The notes beneath the pieces are model-generated. The model saw only the letters and a list, made by a program, of their open reading frames with translations, was not told the origin of the DNA and did no database searches. A stretch of DNA of 64,000 bases from Chiloscyllium plagiosum (Eukaryota), in contig NC_057718.1 in the NCBI RefSeq assembly GCF_004010195.1, positions 87,168,139 to 87,232,138 on the forward strand. The letters are read 5' to 3'. The translations under genes and the position numbers were made by a program. Of this stretch, positions 50,226 to 60,776 are shown piece by piece. Within the stretch, counting starts at the first letter, position 1. Every line of letters starts with the position of its first letter.

Positions 50226-51481
50226 ATTATGTGCCTGCAGGCATGTAAGGATACCAATTCCCAACTAAGGAGTGAGTGAAAGTGAAATTTCTTTCTTTCA
50301 CAATAATAGATGCTCAATATTATTGCAGGTCATTCATTGGTTCTCAGTTCAAGCCAGACTCAGATTGTTTTCAGTGACATTCTTTCTTTCTAATGTTGTG
50401 ATAAGTTCCCTGGTAATGCCAATTTTTGTTTTATTCTTCTCCATCTCCTATACAGAATGGATAGAACTTTTTGTTCTCAGTTCTTGCCTCCTGCTGAGAC
50501 CAAGTTTCTGATTTTTCCAGATACCACACTGTTTGGTGCTTCTGGGTCCCAATTTTATCCTTAACAGAAATGGAAAGAGATACCACCACCAAAGACCATA
50601 CCCACTTATATGGCTCATTCCAGTCAATAAATCCCATACAAAATGCAAAGGGCGTTTTCTCAAACGCTTGTTTGCAATTTTGCAAAATGCATTGCTGTTG
50701 AACTTTCCTGTGTCTGTACCTTTGACTTACAGAACAATGTTGTGTTATGTCTTACAGTCAACATGCTTATATACATGCACTGGATCATGACATGTCCCCT
50801 GAGGATATAAATGGTTTAGACACCATCTTAACTTGGGTCACTTAAGGCAGTAAGATGTATGAACAAAAGTAGGCCACAGAGCTCAACAAGTGTGCTCTGC
50901 CATTCAATGAGATTGTGGCTGATCTCACAATTCCTAACTCCACTTCCCTGCTTTTTCCCCATATGCCCAGGTTCCTTTATTGATTTAACATCTATCTCAG
51001 CCTTTAATATACTTAATGGCCCAGACCCAACAGTCTTCTCCAGGAAACAAAAATCACAGATTTACTATCCTGTCAGAGAAAAGAAATTCCTCTTTATCCC
51101 TGCCTGAAATGTGCAATCCCTTATTCTGTGATAATGTCCTCTGGTCCCCAACTCTCCCACAAAATGGAAAGGCCTTTTCATATGCACCTTTTACAAGTCC
51201 CCTGAGGATCTTGTATGTTTAAATGAAACCCTCTTCTGTAGATTTCTTCAGACTTTCCCCATTTAAGTAATATTCAGCTTCTCTGTTCTTCTTGCCAAAG
51301 TGCATAACTTCACTGTTTCCAGTGTATTCCATCTGCCAAGTTTCTTTTCCCACTGTTTAACCTGCTTATGTCCCGCTTTGTATCATCCTCACCACTTATT
51401 TCCCCACCTGTTTTGTGTCATCTGCAAACTTGGCTGTAGCATATTCACTTCCCTCATCCAAGTAATTTATAAACATTATAA

Positions 51482-52577
51482 GTTTGTACAAACTTGATTG
51501 AGTTTTTTTGAAGAAGTAACAAAGAAGATTGATGAGGGCAGAGCAGTAGATGTGATCTATATGGACTTCAGTAAGGCGTTCGACAAGGTTCCCCATGGGA
51601 GACTGATTAGCAAGGTTAGATCTCATGGAATACAGGGAGAACTAGCCATTTGGATACAGAACTGGCTCAAAGGTAGAAGACAGAGGGTGGTGGTGGAGGG
51701 TTGTTTTTCAGACTGGAGGCCTGTGACCAGTGGAGTGCCACAAGGATCGGTGCTGGGCCCTCTACTTTTTGTCATTTCCATTAATGATTTGGATGCGAGC
51801 ATAAGAGGAGTTAGTAAAGTTAGTAAAGTTAGTAAAATTACAGCTAGTAAGTTTGCAGATGACACCAAAATTGGAGATGTAGTGGACAGCGAAGAGGGTT
51901 ACCTCAGTTTACAACAGGATCTGGACCAGCTGGGCCAATGGGCTGAGAAGTGTCAGATGGAGTTTAATTCAGATAAATGCGCGGTGCTACATTTTGGGAA
52001 AGCAAATCTTAGCAGGACTTATATACTTAATGGTAAGGTCCTAGGGAGTGTTACTGAACAAAGAGACCTTGGAGTGCAGGTTCATAGCTCCTTGAAAGTG
52101 GAGTCACAGGTAGATAGGATAGTGAAGAAGGCATTTGGTATGCTTTCCTTTATTGGTCAGAGTATTGAGTACAGGTATTGGGAGGTCATGTTGCGACTGT
52201 ACAGGACATTGGTTANNNNNNNNNNNNNNNNNNNNNNNNNNNNNNNNNNNNNNNNNNNNNNNNNNNNNNNNNNNNNNNNNNNNNNNNNNNNNNNNNNNNN
52301 NNNNNNNNNNNNNNNNNNNNNNNNNNNNNNNNNNNNNNNNNNNNNNNNNNNNNNNNNNNNNNNNNNNNNNNNNNNNNNNNNNNNNNNNNNNNNNNNNNNN
52401 NNNNNNNNNAACATTTAAGAGGCATTTGGATGGGTATATGAATAGGAAGGGTTTGGAGGGATATGGGCCGGGTGCTGGCAGGTGGGACTAGATTGGGTTG
52501 GGATATCTGGTCGGCATGGACGGGTTGGACCGAAGGGTCTGTTTCCATGCTGTACATCTCTATTACTCTATGACTCT
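51482..52577 (+). mobile_element. Young CR1 LINE with open RT frame (contains assembly gap)
   Basis: YMDFSKAFDKVPH, SGVPQGSVLGP, KFADD without stops; 7-bp TSD attataa (51475-51481, 52578-52584). Confidence 0.95.
52216..52409. other. Assembly gap (N run) inside CR1
   Basis: Ns. Confidence 0.99.
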
Positions 52578-53149
52578 ATTATAAATAATTGTGGCTCCAG
52601 CACTGATCTGTGTGGCACTCCATTAGTTACAATTGCCATCCTTAAAGTGACCCCTTATCCAAACTCTCTGTCTTCTATTCATTAGCCAGTTCTCCGTCCA
52701 TGCTAATATACTGGCTCCAACACCTTGGGCTCTTACCTTATTAAAGTAACATAATGTGCAGTGCCTTCCCAAACTCCTTATGAATATCCAAATATATCAC
52801 ATCCATTGTTTCCCCTTTATCTATTCACTTGAAGCATGATGGAAGCTTTTGTAATCAATATTTATAACCAATTAAATTAATATTAACCTAGACGTGGATG
52901 TGCTGTGAATGCAATATTTCTATATATTAGTGAACTGTAATCAGTTGGATATTTCAAAACTTTGTTACCTACATCCTGGTTTCTTATGTTACAAGGGATT
53001 GGGTAAAGATACCCTGCTGGAGGTAAAATACAAACATGGTTTATAGTGGTGACTGTCTATAAACTGGGTGACAGATACTTGAAAACTGAATTGAAAGTCA
53101 ACCAGACAAAGGCCCTAGACACGGAAGAATTTGGACAATCGGCAGCATT

Positions 53150-53645
53150 TTGCGATATGAAGGATATTGTAAAACTTAAAGGGTTCAAAAAAGATTTATA
53201 ACTATGTTGCCAGAGTTGGAGGGTTTGAACTATAGAGATAGGCTGGGGCTGTTTTCCCTGGAGAGGGGACCTTAGATAGATTTATAAAATCATGAAAAGG
53301 ATGGAGTGGGTAAATAGACAAAGTCTTTTTTTCCTGGGGTGGAGGAGTCGAAAACTAAAGGGCATAGGTTTAAGGTAAGAGGGGAAAGATTTAAAAGGGA
53401 TCCAAGGGGTAATGTTTTACACAGAGGGTGGTGCGTGTATGGAATTAGCTGCCAGAGGAAGTGGTGGAGGCTGGTACAAGTATAACATATAACAGACTCT
53501 GGATGGGTATACGAATAGGAAGAGTTTAGAGGCATATGGGCCATTTGCTGGCAAATGAGACTAGATGTATTTTGGATATCTGGTCAGCATGGATGAGTTG
53601 GACCAAACGGTCTGTTTCCATGCTGTACAGCCCTATGACTCTATT
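53150..53645 (+). mobile_element. CR1 LINE 3' fragment
   Basis: Matches 40740-41240; ctatgactcta tail. Confidence 0.88.
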
Positions 53646-53970
53646 TGATCAATATAACCAGCTGCTGTGAGTACAGATCTGTACCTAGGTTATTGCCAAG
53701 CCAGAAGACAGAGAAAATCTAAGTTAATTCAAATTTGGATGCTGTTGGCTAGCCAGCAATTATTCCCTGTCGCTAGTTGCCCTTGAGAAAGTAGTGGTGA
53801 GCTGCTTTTGTGAACCGCTGCAGGCCATGTGCTTAAGTCAACCACAATGTTGTTAGGGTGGGAATTTCAAGATTTTAAACCAGCAACACAAAAGGAACAG
53901 TGATATATTTCCAAGCCAGGATAGTGAGTGGCTTGGAAGGGAAATTGAAAGGTTGTATTCCTATCTATCT

Positions 53971-55065
53971 GTTAAAAATGACACAACACCAGTTTATAGT
54001 CCAACATGTTTATTTGAAATTACAAGCTTTCAGAGTGCTACTCCTTTGCCAGGTAGCTGATGAAGCAGGCAATCCCAGAATTTCTTTCAAGTCACAGCTC
54101 CAAGATAAGTTAAGGTTTCTGAACAAAATGAATCTGCAAATACAAATCTGCAAATGCACATTCATGCCGTAGACTTATATTTGTGTGTGTGTGAGCGTGT
54201 GTGTGTTTATTCAAAAAGCACACAATCTGTAGGCAGTCAGTCAATATGACATTTTATAAATTCCTACTTTGGAAATAAAACCAGTCTGACTCCAGGTTGG
54301 GATACAGACAGACTCTAAACTCACACGTTTACTGCATTGTCTGAACTGAGATGTCACATTTTTTTATGTACTGATAAAACCTTAAGTTATCTCGGCACTG
54401 TGACTTGAAAGAAATTCTGGGATTTACATATGAATTAATTGAAACCTGCATCCCCATGCTAAATGATTACAGACTTAACACCCATCTCAGTGTGTTTAAT
54501 ATATCACATCAGTTGTATGACACGTTGATCTTTTACTTATAAATTCTGTGTCCTATGTACAGTAGCGCCTCGACTTACGAACTTAATCCGTTCTGGGACC
54601 CGGTTCGCGAACCGAAAAGTTCACGATCTGAATCAATTTTTCCCATTGTTTGGATAGCGTAAGAATGCTTAGATGGCTGTTCACAGCGCACGCTCCAAAG
54701 ACGAACTGAATGAGATCATGCGGGACCCGAAAGCTTTTGCGTTCAACAAGCGCGTAGCAAAGCAGAACAATGAAACCACGTGGCCGCACACAGGCTTTTT
54801 GCGTTTGTCCCTTCATTCGTACCTTGAATTTCGTACGTATGTTGAAGCAAAATTTTATGTACAATCCTGTTCATAAACTGATTTGTTCGTGAATAGGGTT
54901 GTTCGTATGTCGAGGCGCTACTGTATTTTGCCCCATTAGCTACCTGTCAAACAAACAGCAGTCCAAAAGCTTATACTTCCAAAAAAATCTCTTGGACAAT
55001 AGCCTGGTGTCATATCATTTTTAACTTAGTCCATGCCAGTCCAACACCGGCTCCTCACATCATAT
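53971..55065. mobile_element. Older Penelope-derived element with inverted terminal units (family of 19595-19802), hosting a MITE
   Basis: gttaaaaatgacacaacacc... at left and ...cctggtgtcatatcatttttaac at right; decayed hammerhead-like cores near 54025-54055 and 54940-54975. Confidence 0.6.
54560..54923. mobile_element. Young Tigger/pogo-like MITE (364 bp)
   Basis: TA TSDs; 23-bp TIRs cagtagcgcctcgacttacgaac / gttcgtatgtcgaggcgctactg with one mismatch; many CpGs retained. Confidence 0.9.
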
Positions 55066-56233
55066 CTATTTGTTGTCTTTGTCCTTCTCGGTCTAAGTGT
55101 TTTATTTGTGTTTCTTAATAAGGCAATTTAGTAGGCTTCCCAGCATCACTGCAAAGCCTTTCTACATGAAAGTGCAGCTTAAAATAAACACTTAGAGCAG
55201 TGTTCTGTAGCAAAAAGGCATAGCTGTGAGCAAAGATCAGATGGTTCTGCCATTTTTCCTTTCCAATTCAGTTCAAAAGGAGAAGGTTGCTCGTGTGATG
55301 TCATTATTTCTTATTTGGAATGAACATCCTCCAACGGTTGAAACTTGCAACTGCAAGCCTGCAATATTAAATTACACAGCTATGGTGCTTTGTCTAAAAT
55401 TCCTGAAGGGGCTAAGACCAGTAAAGGTGTGGCAGCAGTGAAAAATAAAGAGAAACAGAAACTAATCAGGGAAAAACAAAAGGAGAGAAAAGCAAAACCA
55501 ATACAAGAAATAATCACACACTGCATGCTATTTCTAAAACAAAGCAAACACCTCCAAAGAGAAGTCTAAGTCAAACACCTGCTTTGATATGTGGGTTGTG
55601 TTGCCAATGGTACCTTTATTAAATTACAACTTTCAAGCTATTTATGCAGTTTTATTAAACAGATCTAGTGATAGGTGATCCTGAGAAGAGAGCTCTGAAA
55701 TCTTGTTTGCCATTGGCAAGGAGAGGCTTCACAGGATCACTGTCTCTGGCCTTCCCATGGACGATCAGAAGATAAACGAACAGACTGTCTTCATCGCTTC
55801 CAAGGCCACAAGTGGAGTGTCGCAAAGAAGCAACCAAGTACAGAGGCCACTACATCATGAATGGCTCTTTCTCAGACCCTGAAGGGAAATTCCAATCCCA
55901 AGGAGTTGAATAAAAATGATGGTTAAACCTCTGGGCAAATGTGTATTCTTCGTTGGTGATAAGAGTTTATATGTTCTAGACAGCACCTTCAATGCAAATG
56001 TTAGTACAGGCAGCTATGAATTATTTCCATACTGAGGTAGAAATTCAGATGAGAGATACCTGAATCAGGTGATCCTTTACATCCGATGAGAACCTGAACT
56101 TTCAGTCCAGACCGGCCTGATTTCTACTTGCAGAATCTTGTTTGGTTAGCAACACAGTCTTGCACCCATTCTCCAGAGGCAGACAATATGGCCACAATTG
56201 GCAGTGACACTATGCAGATAAATTGATCTCCAG

Positions 56234-56368
56234 GGAGAAATTGAGGACTGCAGATGCTGGAGATCAGAGTCAAAATGTGTGGTGCTAGAAAAGCACAGCC
56301 GGTCAGGCAGCATCCGAGGAGCAGGAGAGTCGACATTTTGAGCATAAACTGTTCATCAGGATCTCCGG
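56234..56368 (-). mobile_element. Short Penelope-derived terminal unit with decayed hammerhead core
   Basis: 11-bp TSD ttgatctccag (56223-56233, 56369-56379); unit ends at ...ttcatcagg. Confidence 0.8.
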
Positions 56369-56471
56369 TTGATCTCCAGTTTGTCAACAAGCACATTTTC
56401 AGCCCATAAATAATACCTAAAGTAATCATTACTCAGAAAGATGCTGGTTTGACCTGTTTATATCTCAACAG

Positions 56472-56655
56472 GACTACACGACCTGTTCCAGTTCTCCTGG
56501 ATGAACACATTTTTGAAGAACAGGGGAAGAGTAAGGCAGAAGAAATTCGCAAGTTCCGCCAAAGGCGAGAGATGATCCTCGAACAGCGAGAGAAAGAAAG
56601 GCAGGCTCGCCATCAGCTGAAGACACAGCAACTGCAAATGTGTGAGGCTTTGCAG
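56472..56655 (+). CDS. ADGB: Androglobin exon, TTRPVPVLLDEHIFEEQGKSKAEEIRKFRQRRE...QMCEALQ (coiled coil)
   Basis: caacag acceptor, gtaagg donor; 184 nt, phase 2-0; KAEEI..FRQ.R motif. Confidence 0.94.
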
Positions 56656-57802
56656 GTAAGGTCATTTGTTGCCAGAAATACTCCTTGCGAAGCTTCCATT
56701 ACATACTAGAAAATGCCAGTTTCCTGCAGTATATGCTCCAAAGAAATTTCAGACTTAGTTTACACACAAAATTTAGCATCAGCAGTGTAGTACTAAGGAA
56801 GGGCTGCACTGTTAAAGGAACCACATTTTTGGTGAAGCTGTATCTGCCCGTCCAGATTGTCCCACAACATCTCACATCACCAGTTCCAGTGTTATCCCAG
56901 CTGACGGCATTTCAGATCCCTGACTGAAATATGGCTTGATAGATCACGTTTTGTTTTGGTTTGAATGAGGGGTCTCTCAATGAGACAGAAGCACACCATG
57001 TTGTAGATTTTGTCTTAACAATTAAACAAGTTTATAAAGCAAAAGAAATGAAGATAGAAAAAAAAACAATATAATATAACTTTTAAAAGTTTTAACACAC
57101 TGTTAAAATGTAATCTTATTAATCCCAAAGCACTCCTTACAAGTATCAAAAAAAGATGCTTTTGCACAGGTACTGAAAAGCTACTTCTTTACAGGTAAAA
57201 CATGAGAATTCTTTTCCCTAACACTTCAGTAAGGTAGCTGTGACTTTAACTTCTAGGCTGGAACATCTGATAGCTTATTCCTGGAACTTTTATACACCTG
57301 AATTTAAGAAGACGCAGCTTCAAGCCTTTTTCAGGATTTTATCCCAACACTTCCAATCTTGGGACTGTTACTAACTCCATACTCTAAGGTAGTCTAGTGT
57401 CACTATATTCTCTGAAATAGAATAAAGAACTGCAGATGTTGGAGATCTGAAACAGAAATTGCTGGAGAAACTCAGCAGGCCTGGCAACATCTGTGAGAAG
57501 AAAGCAGAGTTAATGTTTTGAGTCCGGTGACACTTCGTCAGAGCGGTTAGCAGCTGGAACAACTTGGTATTTGTGCTGAAGCCAAAGTTGGGGCAAGGGG
57601 AGTGGTGAACAGCTAGGTGGAGATGAAGCCCAGAGAGAAAGAGATGTGAAAGGGGATAGGTAAACAACGAGACTATGGATAGTGAGTCATTTGGGATTTT
57701 AATCTTCGAGGAGAAAGTGAGGTCTGCAGACGCTGGAGATCAAAGCTGAAACTTTATTGCTGGAACAGCATAGCAGGTCAGGCAGCATCTAGGGAACAGA
57801 AG

Positions 57803-57838
57803 ATTCGACGTTTCGGGCACATGCCCTTCTTCAGGAAT
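57803..57838 (-). ncRNA. Minimal type I hammerhead ribozyme motif, intact
   Basis: Minus strand ATTC-CTGAAGA-A-GGGC-ATGT-GCCC-GAAA-CG-TC-GAAT. Confidence 0.75.
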
Positions 57839-57886
57839 GAGCAGAAAGTGTTCAGCAGGAGAAGATAAAAGATAGGGAGGAGGGAC

Positions 57887-58845
57887 NNNNNNNNNNNNNN
57901 NNNNNNNNNNNNNNNNNNNNNNNNNNNNNNNNNNNNNNNNNNNNNNNNNNNNNNNNNNNNNNNNNNNNNNNNNNNNNNNNNNNNNNNNNNNNNNNNNNNN
58001 NNNNNNNNNNNNNNNNNNNNNNNNNNNNNNNNNNNNNNNNNNNNNNNNNNNNNNNNNNNNNNNNNNNNNNNNNNNNNNNNNNNNNNNNNNNNNNNNNNNN
58101 NNNNNNNNNNNNNNNNNNNNNNNNNNNNNNNNNNNNNNNNNNNNNNNNNNNNNNNNNNNNNNNNNNNNNNNNNNNNNNNNNNNNNNNNNNNNNNNNNNNN
58201 NNNNNNNNNNNNNNNNNNNNNNNNNNNNNNNNNNNNNNNNNNNNNNNNNNNNNNNNNNNNNNNNNNNNNNNNNNNNNNNNNNNNNNNNNNNNNNNNNNNN
58301 NNNNNNNNNNNNNNNNNNNNNNNNNNNNNNNNNNNNNNNNNNNNNNNNNNNNNNNNNNNNNNNNNNNNNNNNNNNNNNNNNNNNNNNNNNNNNNNNNNNN
58401 NNNNNNNNNNNNNNNNNNNNNNNNNNNNNNNNNNNNNNNNNNNNNNNNNNNNNNNNNNNNNNNNNNNNNNNNNNNNNNNNNNNNNNNNNNNNNNNNNNNN
58501 NNNNNNNNNNNNNNNNNNNNNNNNNNNNNNNNNNNNNNNNNNNNNNNNNNNNNNNNNNNNNNNNNNNNNNNNNNNNNNNNNNNNNNNNNNNNNNNNNNNN
58601 NNNNNNNNNNNNNNNNNNNNNNNNNNNNNNNNNNNNNNNNNNNNNNNNNNNNNNNNNNNNNNNNNNNNNNNNNNNNNNNNNNNNNNNNNNNNNNNNNNNN
58701 NNNNNNNNNNNNNNNNNNNNNNNNNNNNNNNNNNNNNNNNNNNNNNNNNNNNNNNNNNNNNNNNNNNNNNNNNNNNNNNNNNNNNNNNNNNNNNNNNNNN
58801 NNNNNNNNNNNNNNNNNNNNNNNNNNNNNNNNNNNNNNNNNNNNN
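57887..58845. other. Assembly gap (N run) inside the Penelope-like insertion
   Basis: Ns. Confidence 0.99.
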
Positions 58846-58901
58846 TGAAACTTTATTGCTGGACCAGCACAGCAGGTCAGGCAGCATCTAGGGAACAGAA
58901 G

Positions 58902-58937
58902 ATTCGACGTTTCGGGCACATGCCCTTCTTCAGGAAT
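58902..58937 (-). ncRNA. Minimal type I hammerhead ribozyme motif, intact
   Basis: Identical to the 57803-57838 motif. Confidence 0.75.
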
Positions 58938-59445
58938 GAGCAGAGAGTGTTCAGCAGGAGAAGATAAAAGGTAGGGAGGAGGGACTTGGAGGAGGGGCGT
59001 TGGAAATGTGATAGGTGGAAAGAGGTCAAGGTGAGGGTGATAGGTCGGAGTAGGATGGAGGCGGAGGGGTCAAGAAGAAGACTGCAGGTCAGGAGGGCGG
59101 TGCCGGGCTGGAGGGATTCGGCTGAGACAAGGTGGGGGGAGGTGGGATGAAGAAACTGGTGAAGTCCAAGTTCATCCCCTGTGGTTGGAGGGTTCCAACC
59201 ACAGGGGATGAACTTGGACTTCACCAGTTTCTTCATCCCCCCTCCCCCCATCTTGTCTCAGCCGAATCCCTCCAGCCCGGCATCGCCTTCCTGACCTGCA
59301 GTCTTCTTCTTGACCTCTCCGCCTCCACCCTACTCCGACCTATCACCTTCACCTTGACCTCTTTCCACCTATCACATTTCCAACGCCCCTCCTCCAAGTC
59401 CCTCCTCCCTACCTTTTATCTTCTCCTGCTGAACACTCTCTGCTC

Positions 59446-59481
59446 ATTCCTGAAGAAGGGCATGTGCCCGAAACGTCGAAT
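59446..59481 (+). ncRNA. Minimal type I hammerhead ribozyme motif, intact, sense to ADGB pre-mRNA; predicted cut after 59477
   Basis: Stem I ATTC/GAAT, core CUGAAGA, stem II GGGC/GCCC, GAAA, palindromic ACGU helix III, GUC triplet. Confidence 0.75.
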
Positions 59482-59873
59482 CTTCTGTTCCCTAGATGCT
59501 GCCTGACCTGCTGTGCTGTTCCAGCAATAAAGTTTCAGCATTTGGGATTTTACCCTAATCTGTTAGTTCTACAATCACAATTACTAGTACTTGGCTCTTT
59601 ATTCCAGATTTATGTAATTTACATCCTCCAGTTATCACAGTGGGAATTGAACATTGGTCTCCCGAGTATTAGTTTAGGTTTCTGAATTTCTACTAACATA
59701 ATCTTGATGCTACAGTTCTAGTTATTAATCCTATTAAGCCACAATTTGCTTTGAGTGACTTGTATATCTGAAACCCCACATCCCTCTGCCATTCTATCGC
59801 AGCCAATTAGTTTTCACAGAGCATATGGCTTTTCTTTTTTTCCACCAAAATGTACTCCATCACATTTTAATTA

Positions 59874-60046
59874 CAGAACAACCTCGATTATCTGAATGAG
59901 ACAGGCGGGGAGTATTTTGTTCGGATAACTGATTGTTCGCTAACTGACCTGATCATAAACAAAGGAAGCATTTACGGGAGCTTGAGATCTTGTTCGGATA
60001 ATCCAAAATTCGGATAATTGATGTTCAGATAACCGAGGTTGTTCTG
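59874..60046. mobile_element. Tigger/pogo-like MITE (173 bp)
   Basis: TIRs cagaacaacctcgattatctgaa / ttcagataaccgaggttgttctg; TA on the left. Confidence 0.8.
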
Positions 60047-60202
60047 TTTATTAAAATTAATTTGGCAATTGCACATTTATTTCCCATGTTTATTAATATC
60101 TTCCTGCAATTTCCACAGCTCTCCTTGATATTAACATCCAGTTTGATGGTTGTTTGTGCAAGCATGAATACTGATACAATCCCTTGTTTTCATTTACTGC
60201 AG

Positions 60203-60388
60203 GAAGCCTTGGATGAAGCTCGAAACAACATCTACCAACTCAGAGAGTCATACAGAAATAAACTTATCGAGGAAGAATTGAAGCAAAGAGAAATTGCAGC
60301 AATGGAAGTAGCTCTCCGAGCAGAGCAAGAGAGAAAGCCCGGGAGCTCCACGAGTAAAATACCTAAGAGCTCAGGAAAGCGAAAGTAA
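60203..60388 (+). CDS. ADGB: Androglobin terminal coding exon, EALDEARNNIYQLRESYRNKLIEEE...KIPKSSGKRK*
   Basis: actgcag acceptor, TAA stop; LDEAR..I..RE.YRNKL motif and basic C-terminus. Confidence 0.95.
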   Translation, partial: EALDEARNNIYQLRESYRNKLIEEELKQREIAAMEVALRAEQERKPGSSTSKIPKSSGKRK

Positions 60389-60723
60389 AACTGTAACATG
60401 ACATATCATTTCCAAAGTTTTAGATTGTATTTTTAATCACATTTTATTGCAATGTCCTCCAGTCATTTAGTGTTTTTAACCATATCTCCAAATTTATTTC
60501 CAAAGTTTCATGCTTTATTTTTAACTAAAATGTTAACTAATTTCTTTTGATCAAGTTCCGAATAGGTAGTCTTTAAAGTAAAAACTCAAAAATACAATTT
60601 ATTTCTTTTCCATTTCTGGTTGGCCTACTCTGTTTCCATTTTTTTTGTTTTGGATCTGCAGCAGTGATTCATGTAGGTCCTTTACTTTGGCATTTCCTTG
60701 TGATTCAAATCTGAATCACACTT

Positions 60724-60776
60724 ATTAAATATTTTTCTCTTGTAGCAGAGGTATGTTTAAGGGGAAGCTAAATAAA
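60724..60776 (+). promoter_or_regulatory. Candidate ADGB polyadenylation signals (ATTAAA 60724, AATAAA 60771)
   Basis: Hexamers about 340-390 nt after the stop; AT-rich context makes this weak. Confidence 0.3.

Larger units (their letters stand above)
50850..52830 (-). mobile_element. Older CR1 remnant interrupted by a younger opposite-strand CR1
   Basis: Minus strand KFADDTK at about 51410-51430; continuation after 52584 (gtggctccagcactgatc). Confidence 0.75.
57702..59538. mobile_element. Young Penelope-like insertion: tandem plus inverted pseudo-LTR units (contains 959-nt gap)
   Basis: 14-bp TSD catttgggatttta (57688-57701, 59539-59552); 344-bp inverted arms 58846-59189 and 59194-59537; QPQGMNLDFTSF resembles the end of the GIY-YIG ORF. 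Confidence 0.88.

Noticed and set aside
45813..56471. Missing ADGB exons relative to the longer human linker, possibly hidden in a gap
   Set aside because: Exon phases already match and the gap lies inside a TSD-bounded CR1; additional symmetric exons cannot be excluded without RNA data
57778..58919. Long ORFs of 355-369 aa in the track
   Set aside because: Artefacts of reading through N runs; same for the ORFs at 52135-52557
58877..59506. Two near-identical 124-aa ORFs on opposite strands
   Set aside because: A by-product of the palindrome in non-coding Penelope terminal sequence; same for the pairs at 13914/15021 and 13730/15145
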